From: Deferribacterales bacterium
Lineage (GTDB): Bacteria; Chrysiogenota; Deferribacteres; Deferribacterales; Geovibrionaceae
Assembly: GCA_050251945.1 (NCBI GenBank)
Contig: JBFWLW010000001.1
Span: 569,107 to 633,106, forward strand
Length of the DNA stretch: 64,000 nucleotides
Reading direction: 5' to 3'
This document shows, in pieces, positions 19,568 through 29,489 of this stretch; the first letter of the stretch is position 1, and each line of letters opens with the position of its first letter. The notes beneath the pieces were generated by a model. It was not told where the DNA came from, made no database searches, and worked only from the letters and a program-made list of their open reading frames with translations. A program made the position numbers and the translations under genes.

Positions 19568-21505
19568 ATGAGGAAAGTATTGTCATTTATTCTCCTTACG
19601 ATGTTTGCTGCTTCTGCCTATGCAGCGGATGTCACCCTTGAGGAGCTGAAAGGTCAGATTTCAGATCTTCAAAACCAGATCAACACAATGTCTCAGCGTG
19701 TTGACAAAAACGAAGTTCACCGTATCAAAGATAAAGTTGATATCGGCATAGAACTGAGAACAAAAGTTGACAGCATCAGCTATGAAGACATGAGAGCTAT
19801 GGATGCTATGACCAACGATATGATGGGTCTTTGGCTGCAAGGCTATATGATCAACGGCGACGCTATGGATTCCACCGGTGCCTTCACCGGCGTAACAACT
19901 GACTGGGATACAAACGGCGACGGTTTCAACGACGCATGGATGAACACATACGGCGCTGATTTCATGAATTTCGCTTACGGTTATGTAACATCAGCAGAAG
20001 GTCAGGCGGCATTCAGCTCTTCCGATATGCAGACATGGCAGACAAACAACGCCACGGCTATCGGAAACGTATACTCTGCCAGCACAGACCTTCAGGCTAT
20101 GGGAACAACAGGTCAGTACATTGCCGCTCTTATGGTTTATATGTCACAGGTAATGGACAGCAACACCATATCTGCTTCTGAAGCAAATATGATGAAATCA
20201 ATGTTTTCCGCTATGTCACCCCGCAAATACGACCACAACAACGACACAATCTTCACTAACAAGCTGCGTATACGTCTGAACAGCACTGTTAATGAAAACC
20301 TTTCTTTCACCGGTCGTCTGGTTATGTACAAAACATGGGGCGACTCAACTGACGCACGCTGGTTCAACGGAACGTACAACTCCATGAACATGGACGGAAA
20401 CTCCGGAGCAATCCCCACTGACGACAAAATCCACGTTGAAAGAGCTTACTTCGTTTACAAAAATGATATGGGTCCCATCCCCTATCACTTCTCTTTCGGT
20501 AGAAGACCTTCCGACTACGGTCCCGGCGAAGAACTCCGCAACAATGCAACACAGGGTGGTTCTCCCCTTGCGCATATAATCCAGTGGCAGTTCGACGGCG
20601 GTTCACTCCAGTTCGACTTTGAAAATGTTATCGAAGCACTGCCCGGCTCATTCATCAAGTTCTGCTACGGTAAAGGCTATGAATCCGGATGGGGTTCAAG
20701 CAACGCCACAAGCGCAAACAACGGACTTATCGCAACGCCCTCTGTGGACGACGTTGAGTTCTTCGGAACCATCGTTAAGTTCTATGACGACGAAACTTAC
20801 AAATTCTGGTACAACTATGCCAGAGGATTCGGTGTCACAGACGGTTTCACAGGTTCAACTGTTATGCCTTACAGCATCACAGGTACAGATTATGACCTTG
20901 ACGGAAGCTATGACGCATTCACATTTGATATGAACACATCAGGTTCCTCATCCAGAACAGAAGCAACTGCCGACCTCGGTGACATGGAATGGCATTCATT
21001 CCTTGCACAAGGCAAGTCTTTCGGATTTGACTGGTTTGCATCATATTCTATGAGCAAATCTCACCCCAACGGCAACACATCAAACAGCGCAATGTACCAG
21101 TTCATGAATCAGGACACACTTCTTGGTTCAGACAGCAGCAAAAACGGTCAGAGCTACTGGGTTGGCGTCTCTACTCCTGAACTGCCCCTTACAGGCGGTA
21201 AATTCGGATTCGAGTACAACCACGGTTCTAAATACTGGGTTGCTATGACAGGCGCTGAAGACGATCTCGTAGGTTCAAAACTTGCTGTCCGCGGTGATGT
21301 TTACGAACTTTACTATCACCAGCCCATCGTTGGCGATAAACTGTTCGCAACACTCGGCTACCAGTACTACGACTACGAATACACCAACTCAGGCAGCTAC
21401 CTTGGCGCACCGGTTAAAATTTCCGATGCAACTGCTTTCAACACTATGACCGCAGTAGCTGACAAAGTTGAGAAATTTTACGCTTCCTTCACTTACAGAT
21501 ATTGA
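19568..21505 (+). CDS. DUF3373 family outer-membrane porin-like protein
   Basis: Signal peptide, N-term coiled coil, GRLVMYKTWG, VERAYF, SFGRRP, C-terminal YRY. Confidence 0.8.
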   Translation: MRKVLSFILLTMFAASAYAADVTLEELKGQISDLQNQINTMSQRVDKNEVHRIKDKVDIGIELRTKVDSISYEDMRAMDAMTNDMMGLWLQGYMINGDAMDSTGAFTGVTTDWDTNGDGFNDAWMNTYGADFMNFAYGYVTSAEGQAAFSSSDMQTWQTNNATAIGNVYSASTDLQAMGTTGQYIAALMVYMSQVMDSNTISASEANMMKSMFSAMSPRKYDHNNDTIFTNKLRIRLNSTVNENLSFTGRLVMYKTWGDSTDARWFNGTYNSMNMDGNSGAIPTDDKIHVERAYFVYKNDMGPIPYHFSFGRRPSDYGPGEELRNNATQGGSPLAHIIQWQFDGGSLQFDFENVIEALPGSFIKFCYGKGYESGWGSSNATSANNGLIATPSVDDVEFFGTIVKFYDDETYKFWYNYARGFGVTDGFTGSTVMPYSITGTDYDLDGSYDAFTFDMNTSGSSSRTEATADLGDMEWHSFLAQGKSFGFDWFASYSMSKSHPNGNTSNSAMYQFMNQDTLLGSDSSKNGQSYWVGVSTPELPLTGGKFGFEYNHGSKYWVAMTGAEDDLVGSKLAVRGDVYELYYHQPIVGDKLFATLGYQYYDYEYTNSGSYLGAPVKISDATAFNTMTAVADKVEKFYASFTYRY

Positions 21506-21527
21506 TCCCCTGTAGGTTTTTTGTGAG

Positions 21528-21559
21528 AAGGGCAGCCCGCTTGGGCTGCCTTTTCTTTT
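21528..21559 (+). terminator. Intrinsic terminator
   Basis: GGCAGCCC-loop-GGGCTGCC plus T tract. Confidence 0.8.
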
Positions 21560-21868
21560 CCATTCACAACAAATAACTTTTAGCAATAAATCAAATTTTG
21601 CAAATTTAATTCTTGAATATCTATAGAAATCAGGTATTGATGATAGTATATTTATTTATGCGCGTTTATACATATGCGTACATTGTAAGTAAACAAGAGT
21701 TTATCGCAAATTACACAAAACTGTTTTCAAAACGCACCGGTGCTGACGCTTCATGTGATGCGGAAATCAGTTTTTCGTATTGTTTGTTGATAAACCAGAA
21801 TAAACCAGCGCATTAAGGTATCAACTTTATTTTTAACTATTTTATTACGATGCGCGAAAGGAAGAAAT

Positions 21869-22330
21869 ATGGCACGTCCTGTAAAAAAGAGACTTGTCAA
21901 GCACAGGCTGACATACAAGGCTTTCGGTCCTGTGAACATTGACGAGACCAAAGATTCAAAAGTTATCGCAATCCCGGCTGACCAGCTTGAGGCGATGCGC
22001 CTCGCTGACCTGGAGGGTTTGTCCCAAAACGACGCCGCCGACCAGATGGGTGTTTCGAGACAGACCTTCGGACGCATTATCGAACAGGCAAGGCAATCAG
22101 TAACCTACGCTCTGATCAACGGTTTTATCCTCAGTATTGCATATGACAGCAACATAGAAATATGCGAACGAGACCTGAAATGTATCGAATGCGGACATGA
22201 ATGGTGTCAGGGATTCTGCCAGTCTGAGGAAGATACCGTATGCGAAAAATGCGGTTCTCATGAGATCATCAAAATGAAACGATGCGGTAAATACTGCGAA
22301 TGTCCCTTAAAGGTAAATAAGGTGATCTAA
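21869..22330 (+). CDS. DUF134 HTH protein with C-terminal Cys cluster
   Basis: MARP, EAMRLADLEGLSQ..AA..MGVSRQTF; CxxC..C..CxxC. Confidence 0.85.
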   Translation: MARPVKKRLVKHRLTYKAFGPVNIDETKDSKVIAIPADQLEAMRLADLEGLSQNDAADQMGVSRQTFGRIIEQARQSVTYALINGFILSIAYDSNIEICERDLKCIECGHEWCQGFCQSEEDTVCEKCGSHEIIKMKRCGKYCECPLKVNKVI

Positions 22331-22638
22331 AATTTTTGAGCCGTGTCTGATTTTTTTTCAGGCACGGCGTTCATACTTTTTTCTGTTTTTTTTATTCAAA
22401 TTTCCATCAATAAATCAATACGTTCAAATAAAACCATATACATCCTAATTTAAGTAAATTATAACAAAAGAGAATACACGTGCGTCCGTTTTAGACGGAG
22501 CTTACTTAAACACAAGGCGATAATACATCTAATTTTAGCCTTTTCATATGAACCACTTAAAACGTTATATAAAAATCTAACAACGTTTAAAAATCGATAA
22601 AAAACACCAGAAATCGCTTGCTTAAATGTATGAAAATC

Positions 22639-22660
22639 TGTATATTGTATACCGTATACA
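22639..22660. promoter_or_regulatory. Candidate operator, three tandem TGTATAC-like heptamers
   Basis: TGTATAT TGTATAC CGTATAC A; similar site at 27026-27047. Confidence 0.5.
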
Positions 22661-22722
22661 TAGAGATGTACGAATAGTATTTTTAAGATACTGATGTTGT
22701 TACACAATTAGGAGGTCCCCCT

Positions 22723-25041
22723 ATGACGCTTTCCGGTATGAATGTTAGCCGTAGAAAGTTCCTCGCAGCCTCGGGCGGTGTTGTTGCAGCCGGCCTCGTT
22801 GCTGCAAACCTCTCAACTCTCAAAGCTGTGGCAAGCGGACATTCGCCCGCTCCCACTGGTGAGATAGGAGAGAAGCACATAGCGTCAAGCTGCGAAATGT
22901 GCGTTAACAAATGCGGTTTCTTCGCTCATGTCGTGGACGGCAGACTTAAAAAACTTAACCCCAATCCTAAGTTTTTCAAGAGCCGTGCCATGCTTTGCGC
23001 AAGAGGAAACGCAGGCGCTGAAGAACCATATAACCCCGAAAGACTCACCAAACCTCTGCTTCGCGTGGGCGAAAGAGGCGAAGGAAAATGGAAAGAAATT
23101 TCCTATGAAGAGGCGTTTAAGCTTGTTGCAGAAAAACTGAAAGAATTCAAAGTTAAAAACGAGAACAGAAGCTCCGTTGCCTTCGCATCGTCAGAAGGTT
23201 TTCAGGAAGAAATGTTCCAGTACCTTGTTCAGTCTTACGGTTCAACAAATACCGTACGCCACCCCACTCTCTGTCTGTCCTCTGTTATTCAGGGATGGTC
23301 ATCAGTGTACGGCGTATATCCGGATGCTGACCTTAAAAATTCAAAGTTCGTTATCATGTTCGGAGCAAACAGAGCGGAAGCTATCGTTACTCCCGACTCC
23401 ATAGACTTTGTTAAATATAAACCAGAAGGCGCGAAACTCATCTATCTCGATCCCCGCTTCACAAACACAGCGACAAAGGCGGATAAATGGTATCCCGTCA
23501 AGCCCGGAACAGACCTTGCGTTCGTTCTCGGTGTTATCAACGTTATCATAACCGAAAAGCTTTACGACGCGGCTTTTGTTGAACAGTTCTGCGACGGTTT
23601 TGCAGACCTTGAAACAATGATCGCACCCCATACCCCCGAATGGGCGGAAAAAGAGTGCGAAATCCCCGCTGTTGAAATCCGCTGGGTAGCAAGAGAATTC
23701 GCAAAAGCAGCACCTGCGGCTGTCGCTTATCCCGGCAGAAGAACAAGCTGGTATGTCAACGACGTTTATTTCCGCAGAGCCTGCGCTATCCTTACAGCTA
23801 TATGCGGCTGCTGGGATGCACCCGGCGGAATATGTCCCAAAGCGTCCGTACCGCTTAAAAACCTCGACCCGCTCTTTCCTTATTTTGAAATGACCGACGA
23901 CCGTATCGACGTTGCATCATCTGTAAAAAACAGACTGCCTCAGGATAAAAGGTCGGATAACATGCCCACTGACAGTGTTGCATATCTCGGTGAAAAGGAC
24001 GGAAGCTGGCTGAGATTCAGAGACGCAATCATCGCACAGGATCCCTACCCTGTTGAGGCTATGATCGTTTACAAACAGAACTTCATCGAAGCTGTGCCTA
24101 ACCGCGCGAAAACCATGGAGATGCTGAAAAAGATCAAGTTCATGGCGGTTATAGATATCCAGATGACAGAGGTTGCATACTTCGCAGACCTTATTATTCC
24201 GGAATCAACCTACCTTGAGCGCTGGGATTCGGTTCACAACCTTGCAAGCATATGGCCCATCGCAACATTCCGTCAGCCTGTTATAGAACCTGTATTCGGA
24301 ACAAAATCAATGTTCGAGATAGCTGGCGGCATCATCAACGAAATGCTGAAACTGCCCGAACTCTGGGACGATGCAGACGAAATGGAAGTTGAAGACTTCA
24401 AAATGGACGTTGCCGAAGATATATTCGGTCAGCCTCTGGAAGAATACATCAAACATCAGCTCGCTGACCATCCCGGTGCATATGAGCAGATGATGAAAGA
24501 GGGAGTTTTCTACCTCACCGACGAAGCTTCATACGGCAAAACACGCAACCCAGAATTCCGCTTTAAAACAAGAACAGGAAAGATCGAGCTTGCAAACGTT
24601 AAATACGCCGACAAAGGTCTGAGCCCCCTGCCCATCTATGCGGCACCCCGCCAGCCCGAACCCGGCAAATACCGTATGATCCTCGGACGTCACGGTTTCA
24701 ACACTCACACAGGCACACAGAACAACGAATATCTCTGGGAGATCCAGAAAGAGAACGTTATCTGGATAAACACTGCAGAAGCCAAAAAGATAGGCGTTAT
24801 TTCCGGCGACTATGTCACCGTGAAAAGCTCTGTCGGCGAACAGACAATAAAAGTCTTCTCTACAGAAAAGATACGCAAAGACTGCGTTTTCTTTGCACAC
24901 GGCTACGGTCGTCTTTCACCCCAGCTCAGCCTTGTATACAAAAAAGGCGCATCGCAGGCGGCTATACTTGAGGACTACCTCGAGCCTATTTCCGGCAACG
25001 CTGCCATGCACGAAACTTTTGTATCAATCGCTAAGGCTTAA
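22723..25041 (+). CDS. psrA: Molybdopterin oxidoreductase catalytic subunit (PsrA/PhsA/SrrA family)
   Basis: Tat signal SRRKFL; CEMCVNKC..C FS0 cluster; HPTLC Mo ligand; PESTYLER. Confidence 0.85.
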   Translation: MTLSGMNVSRRKFLAASGGVVAAGLVAANLSTLKAVASGHSPAPTGEIGEKHIASSCEMCVNKCGFFAHVVDGRLKKLNPNPKFFKSRAMLCARGNAGAEEPYNPERLTKPLLRVGERGEGKWKEISYEEAFKLVAEKLKEFKVKNENRSSVAFASSEGFQEEMFQYLVQSYGSTNTVRHPTLCLSSVIQGWSSVYGVYPDADLKNSKFVIMFGANRAEAIVTPDSIDFVKYKPEGAKLIYLDPRFTNTATKADKWYPVKPGTDLAFVLGVINVIITEKLYDAAFVEQFCDGFADLETMIAPHTPEWAEKECEIPAVEIRWVAREFAKAAPAAVAYPGRRTSWYVNDVYFRRACAILTAICGCWDAPGGICPKASVPLKNLDPLFPYFEMTDDRIDVASSVKNRLPQDKRSDNMPTDSVAYLGEKDGSWLRFRDAIIAQDPYPVEAMIVYKQNFIEAVPNRAKTMEMLKKIKFMAVIDIQMTEVAYFADLIIPESTYLERWDSVHNLASIWPIATFRQPVIEPVFGTKSMFEIAGGIINEMLKLPELWDDADEMEVEDFKMDVAEDIFGQPLEEYIKHQLADHPGAYEQMMKEGVFYLTDEASYGKTRNPEFRFKTRTGKIELANVKYADKGLSPLPIYAAPRQPEPGKYRMILGRHGFNTHTGTQNNEYLWEIQKENVIWINTAEAKKIGVISGDYVTVKSSVGEQTIKVFSTEKIRKDCVFFAHGYGRLSPQLSLVYKKGASQAAILEDYLEPISGNAAMHETFVSIAKA

Positions 25042-25052
25042 GGGAGGCTTAA

Positions 25053-25610
25053 ATGAGTCAGAAAAAATACGGAATCGTATTAGATGCTAAAAAATGCCTT
25101 AACTGCAAGGCATGTACAGTCGCCTGTAAGTTTGAGAACGGCGTTGAGGTAGGCGACGAACAATACAGAATATGGGTTGCCGAAAAAGAGCTTAAAGGCA
25201 CTTTTCCCAATCTCCGTCTGGATTTTGAACCATCACAGTGCCAGCATTGTGAAAACACTCCCTGTGCAAGCGTATGCCCCACAAGCGCAACGTACAAAAC
25301 AGACGAGGGTGTGGTTCTCATCGACTATAAAAAATGTATCATCTGCAAAGCATGCATGACAGCTTGCCCCTATGATGCAAGGTTCGTAAGCGAGGTTCAC
25401 CACGCTATTGAAAAATGCACTTTCTGCTATCACAGACTCCCCGAAGGCAGAGAGCCTGCATGTGTGGAAACATGCCCCACAAAGGTAAGAGTTTTCGGCG
25501 ATCTGAACGACCCGAACTCTAAAGCTGCGAAGCTGCTGGCAAAGCATGATACATATCAGCTTAAGCCTGAGAAGAACACCAGACCCAGACTGTTCTACAT
25601 CATCAAGTAA
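25053..25610 (+). CDS. psrB: 4Fe-4S electron-transfer subunit
   Basis: Four Cys clusters (CLNCKAC, CQHCENTPC, CIICKAC, CTFC..CVETCP). Confidence 0.88.
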   Translation: MSQKKYGIVLDAKKCLNCKACTVACKFENGVEVGDEQYRIWVAEKELKGTFPNLRLDFEPSQCQHCENTPCASVCPTSATYKTDEGVVLIDYKKCIICKACMTACPYDARFVSEVHHAIEKCTFCYHRLPEGREPACVETCPTKVRVFGDLNDPNSKAAKLLAKHDTYQLKPEKNTRPRLFYIIK

Positions 25611-25624
25611 GGACGGAGGAAAGA

Positions 25625-26848
25625 ATGTCAGCACAAGATACTGAAACAAAACAAGGAATAATATCAACCATCAAAGGTCTGATAACCTTCAACAAAGATA
25701 TCCCTGTCATGCCCCTGATCCTTATAGGTCTGGTTTTGGCGGGCATAGGCGCTGTAACTGCTGTTATAGTGCTTGTGAAAGGTCACGAACAAATGTATGC
25801 GGTAAACCGCGAGGTACCGTGGGGTATGCTCATCGGAACATACGCGTATTTTGTTATCACATCAACGGGTCTCGCTTTCATCGGCGGTCTCGGACACGCG
25901 TTCGGATTTGAGAACTTCGCAAAAATAGGCAGACGCATAGTTGTCCTTGCAACACTGGTACTGCTTGCAGGTTTCACACAGATACTCATGGAACTCGGAC
26001 ACCCCATCCGCATGATCATCTGGATGATGCTTTCACCCAATTTCGCAGCTCCTATCCTCTGGATGGGCGTGTTCTATTCTATAGAACTTGTCATCCTCGC
26101 ACTGGAGCTTTACTACGCTTTCAAAGCACACCCCACTGAAAAAGACCACAGAACAGCCGCCATGCTCGGCTTTGCGGCAATGGTAGTCGGTACGCTTGCG
26201 ACAAGCAACCTCGGTTTCGTGTTCGGTTCACTCACCGCACGTCCCTGGCTGTACGGCGTACACTTCCCTCTGTTCCTTGTGGTGTCCGGCATAACAGCGG
26301 GTGCGGCTCTGCTTATGCTTGTGCATAACATCGCATACAGATTCAGCATCCCCGAAGAGTTCAAACCTTCCATGAATGCGCTTGCAAAACTCATGGGCGG
26401 CGGTATCGGCATAATGATGCTTATGTATGTCTGGAAGTTCCTCACATCCATCTTCACACAGCCCGCAGGTTCATATGAGTCCGCAATGGCTCTCATAGCA
26501 GGACCTCTGGCGGCTAACTTCTGGATTGGCGAAATGCTTCTGGCGGTTATTATCCCCCTTCTTCTGCTTGTAACGGCAAAGGGGAACACGAAAAGATACG
26601 GCATAGCAGGACTTGTGTTTATGATCGGTCTCTATTTCACAAGGGTTAACTACATAGTCGCAGGTCAGATGCCCGTTATGCGTGTGGCAACCGACGGTTC
26701 AGGCGTACATGCAAACGTTAACGGTCTCGCGATATATTCACCGTCCATAGCCGAGTGGGGCATTTTCCTCCTCGGAATAGGCGCGGCGATGGTTCTGTAT
26801 TTCAGCGCAGAAAAATTTCTGGATCTGAAAACACCTGAACATCACTAA
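25625..26848 (+). CDS. psrC: NrfD/PsrC membrane anchor
   Basis: VPWG, ELGHPIR, multiple TM helices. Confidence 0.85.
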   Translation: MSAQDTETKQGIISTIKGLITFNKDIPVMPLILIGLVLAGIGAVTAVIVLVKGHEQMYAVNREVPWGMLIGTYAYFVITSTGLAFIGGLGHAFGFENFAKIGRRIVVLATLVLLAGFTQILMELGHPIRMIIWMMLSPNFAAPILWMGVFYSIELVILALELYYAFKAHPTEKDHRTAAMLGFAAMVVGTLATSNLGFVFGSLTARPWLYGVHFPLFLVVSGITAGAALLMLVHNIAYRFSIPEEFKPSMNALAKLMGGGIGIMMLMYVWKFLTSIFTQPAGSYESAMALIAGPLAANFWIGEMLLAVIIPLLLLVTAKGNTKRYGIAGLVFMIGLYFTRVNYIVAGQMPVMRVATDGSGVHANVNGLAIYSPSIAEWGIFLLGIGAAMVLYFSAEKFLDLKTPEHH

Positions 26849-26867
26849 GATATTCACAGATAAAAAT

Positions 26868-26898
26868 AAAGGGCAGCTTTCGGGCTGCCTTTTTTTTT
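26868..26898 (+). terminator. Intrinsic terminator
   Basis: GGCAGCT-TTCG-GGCTGCC plus poly-T. Confidence 0.85.
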
Positions 26899-27025
26899 GA
26901 TATTATATAATGTATACAATATGCATTGAAAAATATATACAGATGTGTATAATCAAAACATCAGTTGATACTCACAAACCAGTTCCTCTTTTTTTTATTT
27001 CATTGTAAGTAAAGCTAAATACGAT

Positions 27026-27047
27026 TGCATACTGTATTCAGTATACA
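27026..27047. promoter_or_regulatory. Candidate operator matching the psrA upstream site
   Basis: TGCATAC TGTATTC AGTATAC A. Confidence 0.5.
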
Positions 27048-27141
27048 GAATATATGAATTTCTGTATATTAATATACACCAGAAACAAACTTTGTTTGAG
27101 TTTATGGGCAACAGTGCATTAAAAACGTTGGAGGTTGTTTT

Positions 27142-28356
27142 ATGCGTTTTATGAGCAGACTGTTTATTGTTCTCTCGCTGATTGCGGCTCTTTTTGTTAT
27201 GGGCTGCGGAGAAGCTGCAAAAGCTCCCGCCGCACCTGCCAAGGCCGCCGAGGCAGCTAGCGTTGCTGACATGGCAAAAGCTGCCAAAGTTGAACTGGTT
27301 AAGTTTGAAGAAGTCAACAAGATAGTCGGTAACGGCGTCTATGACAAAACCAGAGGCACACTCGTTGATGCGCGCCCCGCAAAGGTATACGCCGCATCTC
27401 ATATTCCCACAGCTTTCCTTCTGTCAGACACAGCAATAGCTGAATACTGGCCTGCATTTGAAAAACTCGGTCTCGCAAAAGATGCCTACATAGTTACATA
27501 CTGTGGCGGCGTTAAATGCGAAAAGTCTCTTATCGTAGCAAAATATCTGAAAGAACAGGGATATACAAACGTTAAGATGTATCTTGACGGTATGCCCGAC
27601 TGGCAGACAAAAAACTACGGCGAAATAACTATCGACACAGCCAAAAAATTCTTTGACAACGGCAAAGCAGTCTTCATAGACGCACGCCCCGCAAAGATTT
27701 TTGCCAAAGGCTCAATCCCCGGATCAATCAGCATCCCCGACACAGAGTGGGCAACTGCAAAGGTCAATCTTCCCGCTGACAAAGAAGCTCTTTACATCCC
27801 CTATTGCGGCGGATTTAAATGTGAAAAATCTCACTTTGTAGCAGAGCAGATGTTCAAACTCGGCTATAAAAACGTTCAGGTTTATGCAGGCGGTGTTCCT
27901 GAGTGGCAGGCGGCAGGATATCCTCTTGCACCCGCAGGTAAAGTTGCCGCTCCCGCAGAAGCACCCAAAGCTGCTGCTCCCGCATCAACTGGCGGACTTC
28001 CTCAGGGCGATGAACCGGGTATCATAAGCACAGCTTACTTTGTTTCTACAGTTGCAGATCCGGCAAAAAGACCCGCAGACGTAACCATCGTTGACGTACG
28101 CAACGCAAACGAACTTTCCGACGGCGTTTTCCCCGGCTCCATCAACATCTCTTCCAAAGAGACTGCAAACGGATGCCCCGCTTTCACAGCTAAGCTTCCC
28201 AAAACAGGTTATGTTATATTCCACTGTGCTTCCGGCGGACGCGCAATGGAAGTTTATGACTTCCTTAAAGACACATGTAAACTGCCCGACATGTCAAGAT
28301 TCTATTTCCTTGACGCATATGTAAACTGTTCAGGCGGTAATTGTACTGCTAAGTAA
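27142..28356 (+). CDS. Three-domain rhodanese lipoprotein (sulfur/selenium transferase)
   Basis: VMGC lipobox; DARP..HIP, YCGGVKC, YCGGFKC, HCASGGRA. Confidence 0.88.
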   Translation: MRFMSRLFIVLSLIAALFVMGCGEAAKAPAAPAKAAEAASVADMAKAAKVELVKFEEVNKIVGNGVYDKTRGTLVDARPAKVYAASHIPTAFLLSDTAIAEYWPAFEKLGLAKDAYIVTYCGGVKCEKSLIVAKYLKEQGYTNVKMYLDGMPDWQTKNYGEITIDTAKKFFDNGKAVFIDARPAKIFAKGSIPGSISIPDTEWATAKVNLPADKEALYIPYCGGFKCEKSHFVAEQMFKLGYKNVQVYAGGVPEWQAAGYPLAPAGKVAAPAEAPKAAAPASTGGLPQGDEPGIISTAYFVSTVADPAKRPADVTIVDVRNANELSDGVFPGSINISSKETANGCPAFTAKLPKTGYVIFHCASGGRAMEVYDFLKDTCKLPDMSRFYFLDAYVNCSGGNCTAK

Positions 28357-28377
28357 TCGCGGCGATATTTCGTCTTT

Positions 28378-28408
28378 AAAAGGCGGGGCATATGCTCCGC
28401 CTTTTTTT
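28378..28408 (+). terminator. Intrinsic terminator
   Basis: AGGCGGGGCA-TA-TGCTCCGCCT plus T tract. Confidence 0.85.
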
Positions 28409-28467
28409 GCTTGTGCCTCCTGTAAAAACAGATATAATATAACATAGTTTTATCAGGAGGCAAAAAT

Positions 28468-29244
28468 ATGGGCAATTCTGTAATAATCGCTGAAAAATCA
28501 GGTCACAAAGGCTATATCATCCTGAACCGCCCCGATGCATACAACACATTTTCGGAAGAATTCGCACTCCTGCTGAACAAAGCTCTGGAAGATTTCGACA
28601 GAGATGACGAGGTTCGTGTCGTAATCGTTAAGAACAACGGAAAGCATTTTTCCACGGGAATAGACCTGCACGAACTGGAAAAGGTCGAAGATTCAAAACT
28701 GATTGAGTTCATCTCCCTTATGGACAGGCACAACCACACCATCGCAAACATGAGAACCCCTGTAATATCATCGGTAAAGGGTTATTGCGTTGCAAACGGA
28801 GCCAGCCTCAGTTTCGGATGCGATATGACGATATCTGCTGAATCTGCACGCTTCGGCACAACTGCAGTCAATATTGGACTAATATGCACAGGTCCCGGCG
28901 TACCGCTTTCAAAACTTGTAAGCAAGAAGAAGGCTATGGAGATGATACTTCTGGGTGATCAGCTCACGGCACAGCAGGCGCTTGAGCTTGGGCTTGTGAA
29001 CTGGGTTGTACCTGACGATGAACTTGATGCAAAAACAGAAGAAATAGCCGACAAACTGGCATCTAAAAGCCCTCTGGCTGTGGCGGCAGGCAAGATAGGA
29101 CTGAGCGCGACATACGACATGGGATTTCATGCGTCTATAGATAACGGTTCAAAGGTTTTCGCAGGTCTCTGCGCAACGGAGGACGCCGCCGAGGGTATCC
29201 GCGCCTTTTTTGAAAAGCGCAAAGCCGAGTGGAAACTTAAGTAA
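28468..29244 (+). CDS. Enoyl-CoA hydratase/isomerase family protein
   Basis: LNRP, FSTGIDL, A..LGLVN, EGIRAFFEKR. Confidence 0.9.
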   Translation: MGNSVIIAEKSGHKGYIILNRPDAYNTFSEEFALLLNKALEDFDRDDEVRVVIVKNNGKHFSTGIDLHELEKVEDSKLIEFISLMDRHNHTIANMRTPVISSVKGYCVANGASLSFGCDMTISAESARFGTTAVNIGLICTGPGVPLSKLVSKKKAMEMILLGDQLTAQQALELGLVNWVVPDDELDAKTEEIADKLASKSPLAVAAGKIGLSATYDMGFHASIDNGSKVFAGLCATEDAAEGIRAFFEKRKAEWKLK

Positions 29245-29274
29245 AACAAAAAAAGGCGTGATTCTGCCCCGCCT

Positions 29275-29470
29275 CAGACTGATGACAAAGAAGAAAAAGA
29301 CTATATCTAGATCGCGTCGTCGCTTTATTCGACAAATAGTTTAAAGTGGACTCATTCAGCCTGCGGCTAGTGCTTCTCGCGAAGACGGAAATAAAAACCT
29401 GTCTCTGCGAGGGCTTTAGCCCGAAGCAGTCTAATTGTTTCATATAAATCTTTTGTTTGTCAACAACATA
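29275..29470. mobile_element. MITE with IS1182-like ends carrying a REP-like palindrome
   Basis: Ends CAGACTGATGACAAA / TTTGTCAACAACATA; imperfect 21-bp direct repeats at 29254-29274 and 29471-29491. Confidence 0.7.
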
Positions 29471-29489
29471 AGGTGGGGTTTCGCCCCGC

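Noticed and set aside
22723..28356. Selenocysteine recoding in the Psr or rhodanese genes
   Set aside because: All ORFs are complete with Cys at the catalytic positions and no in-frame TGA is needed
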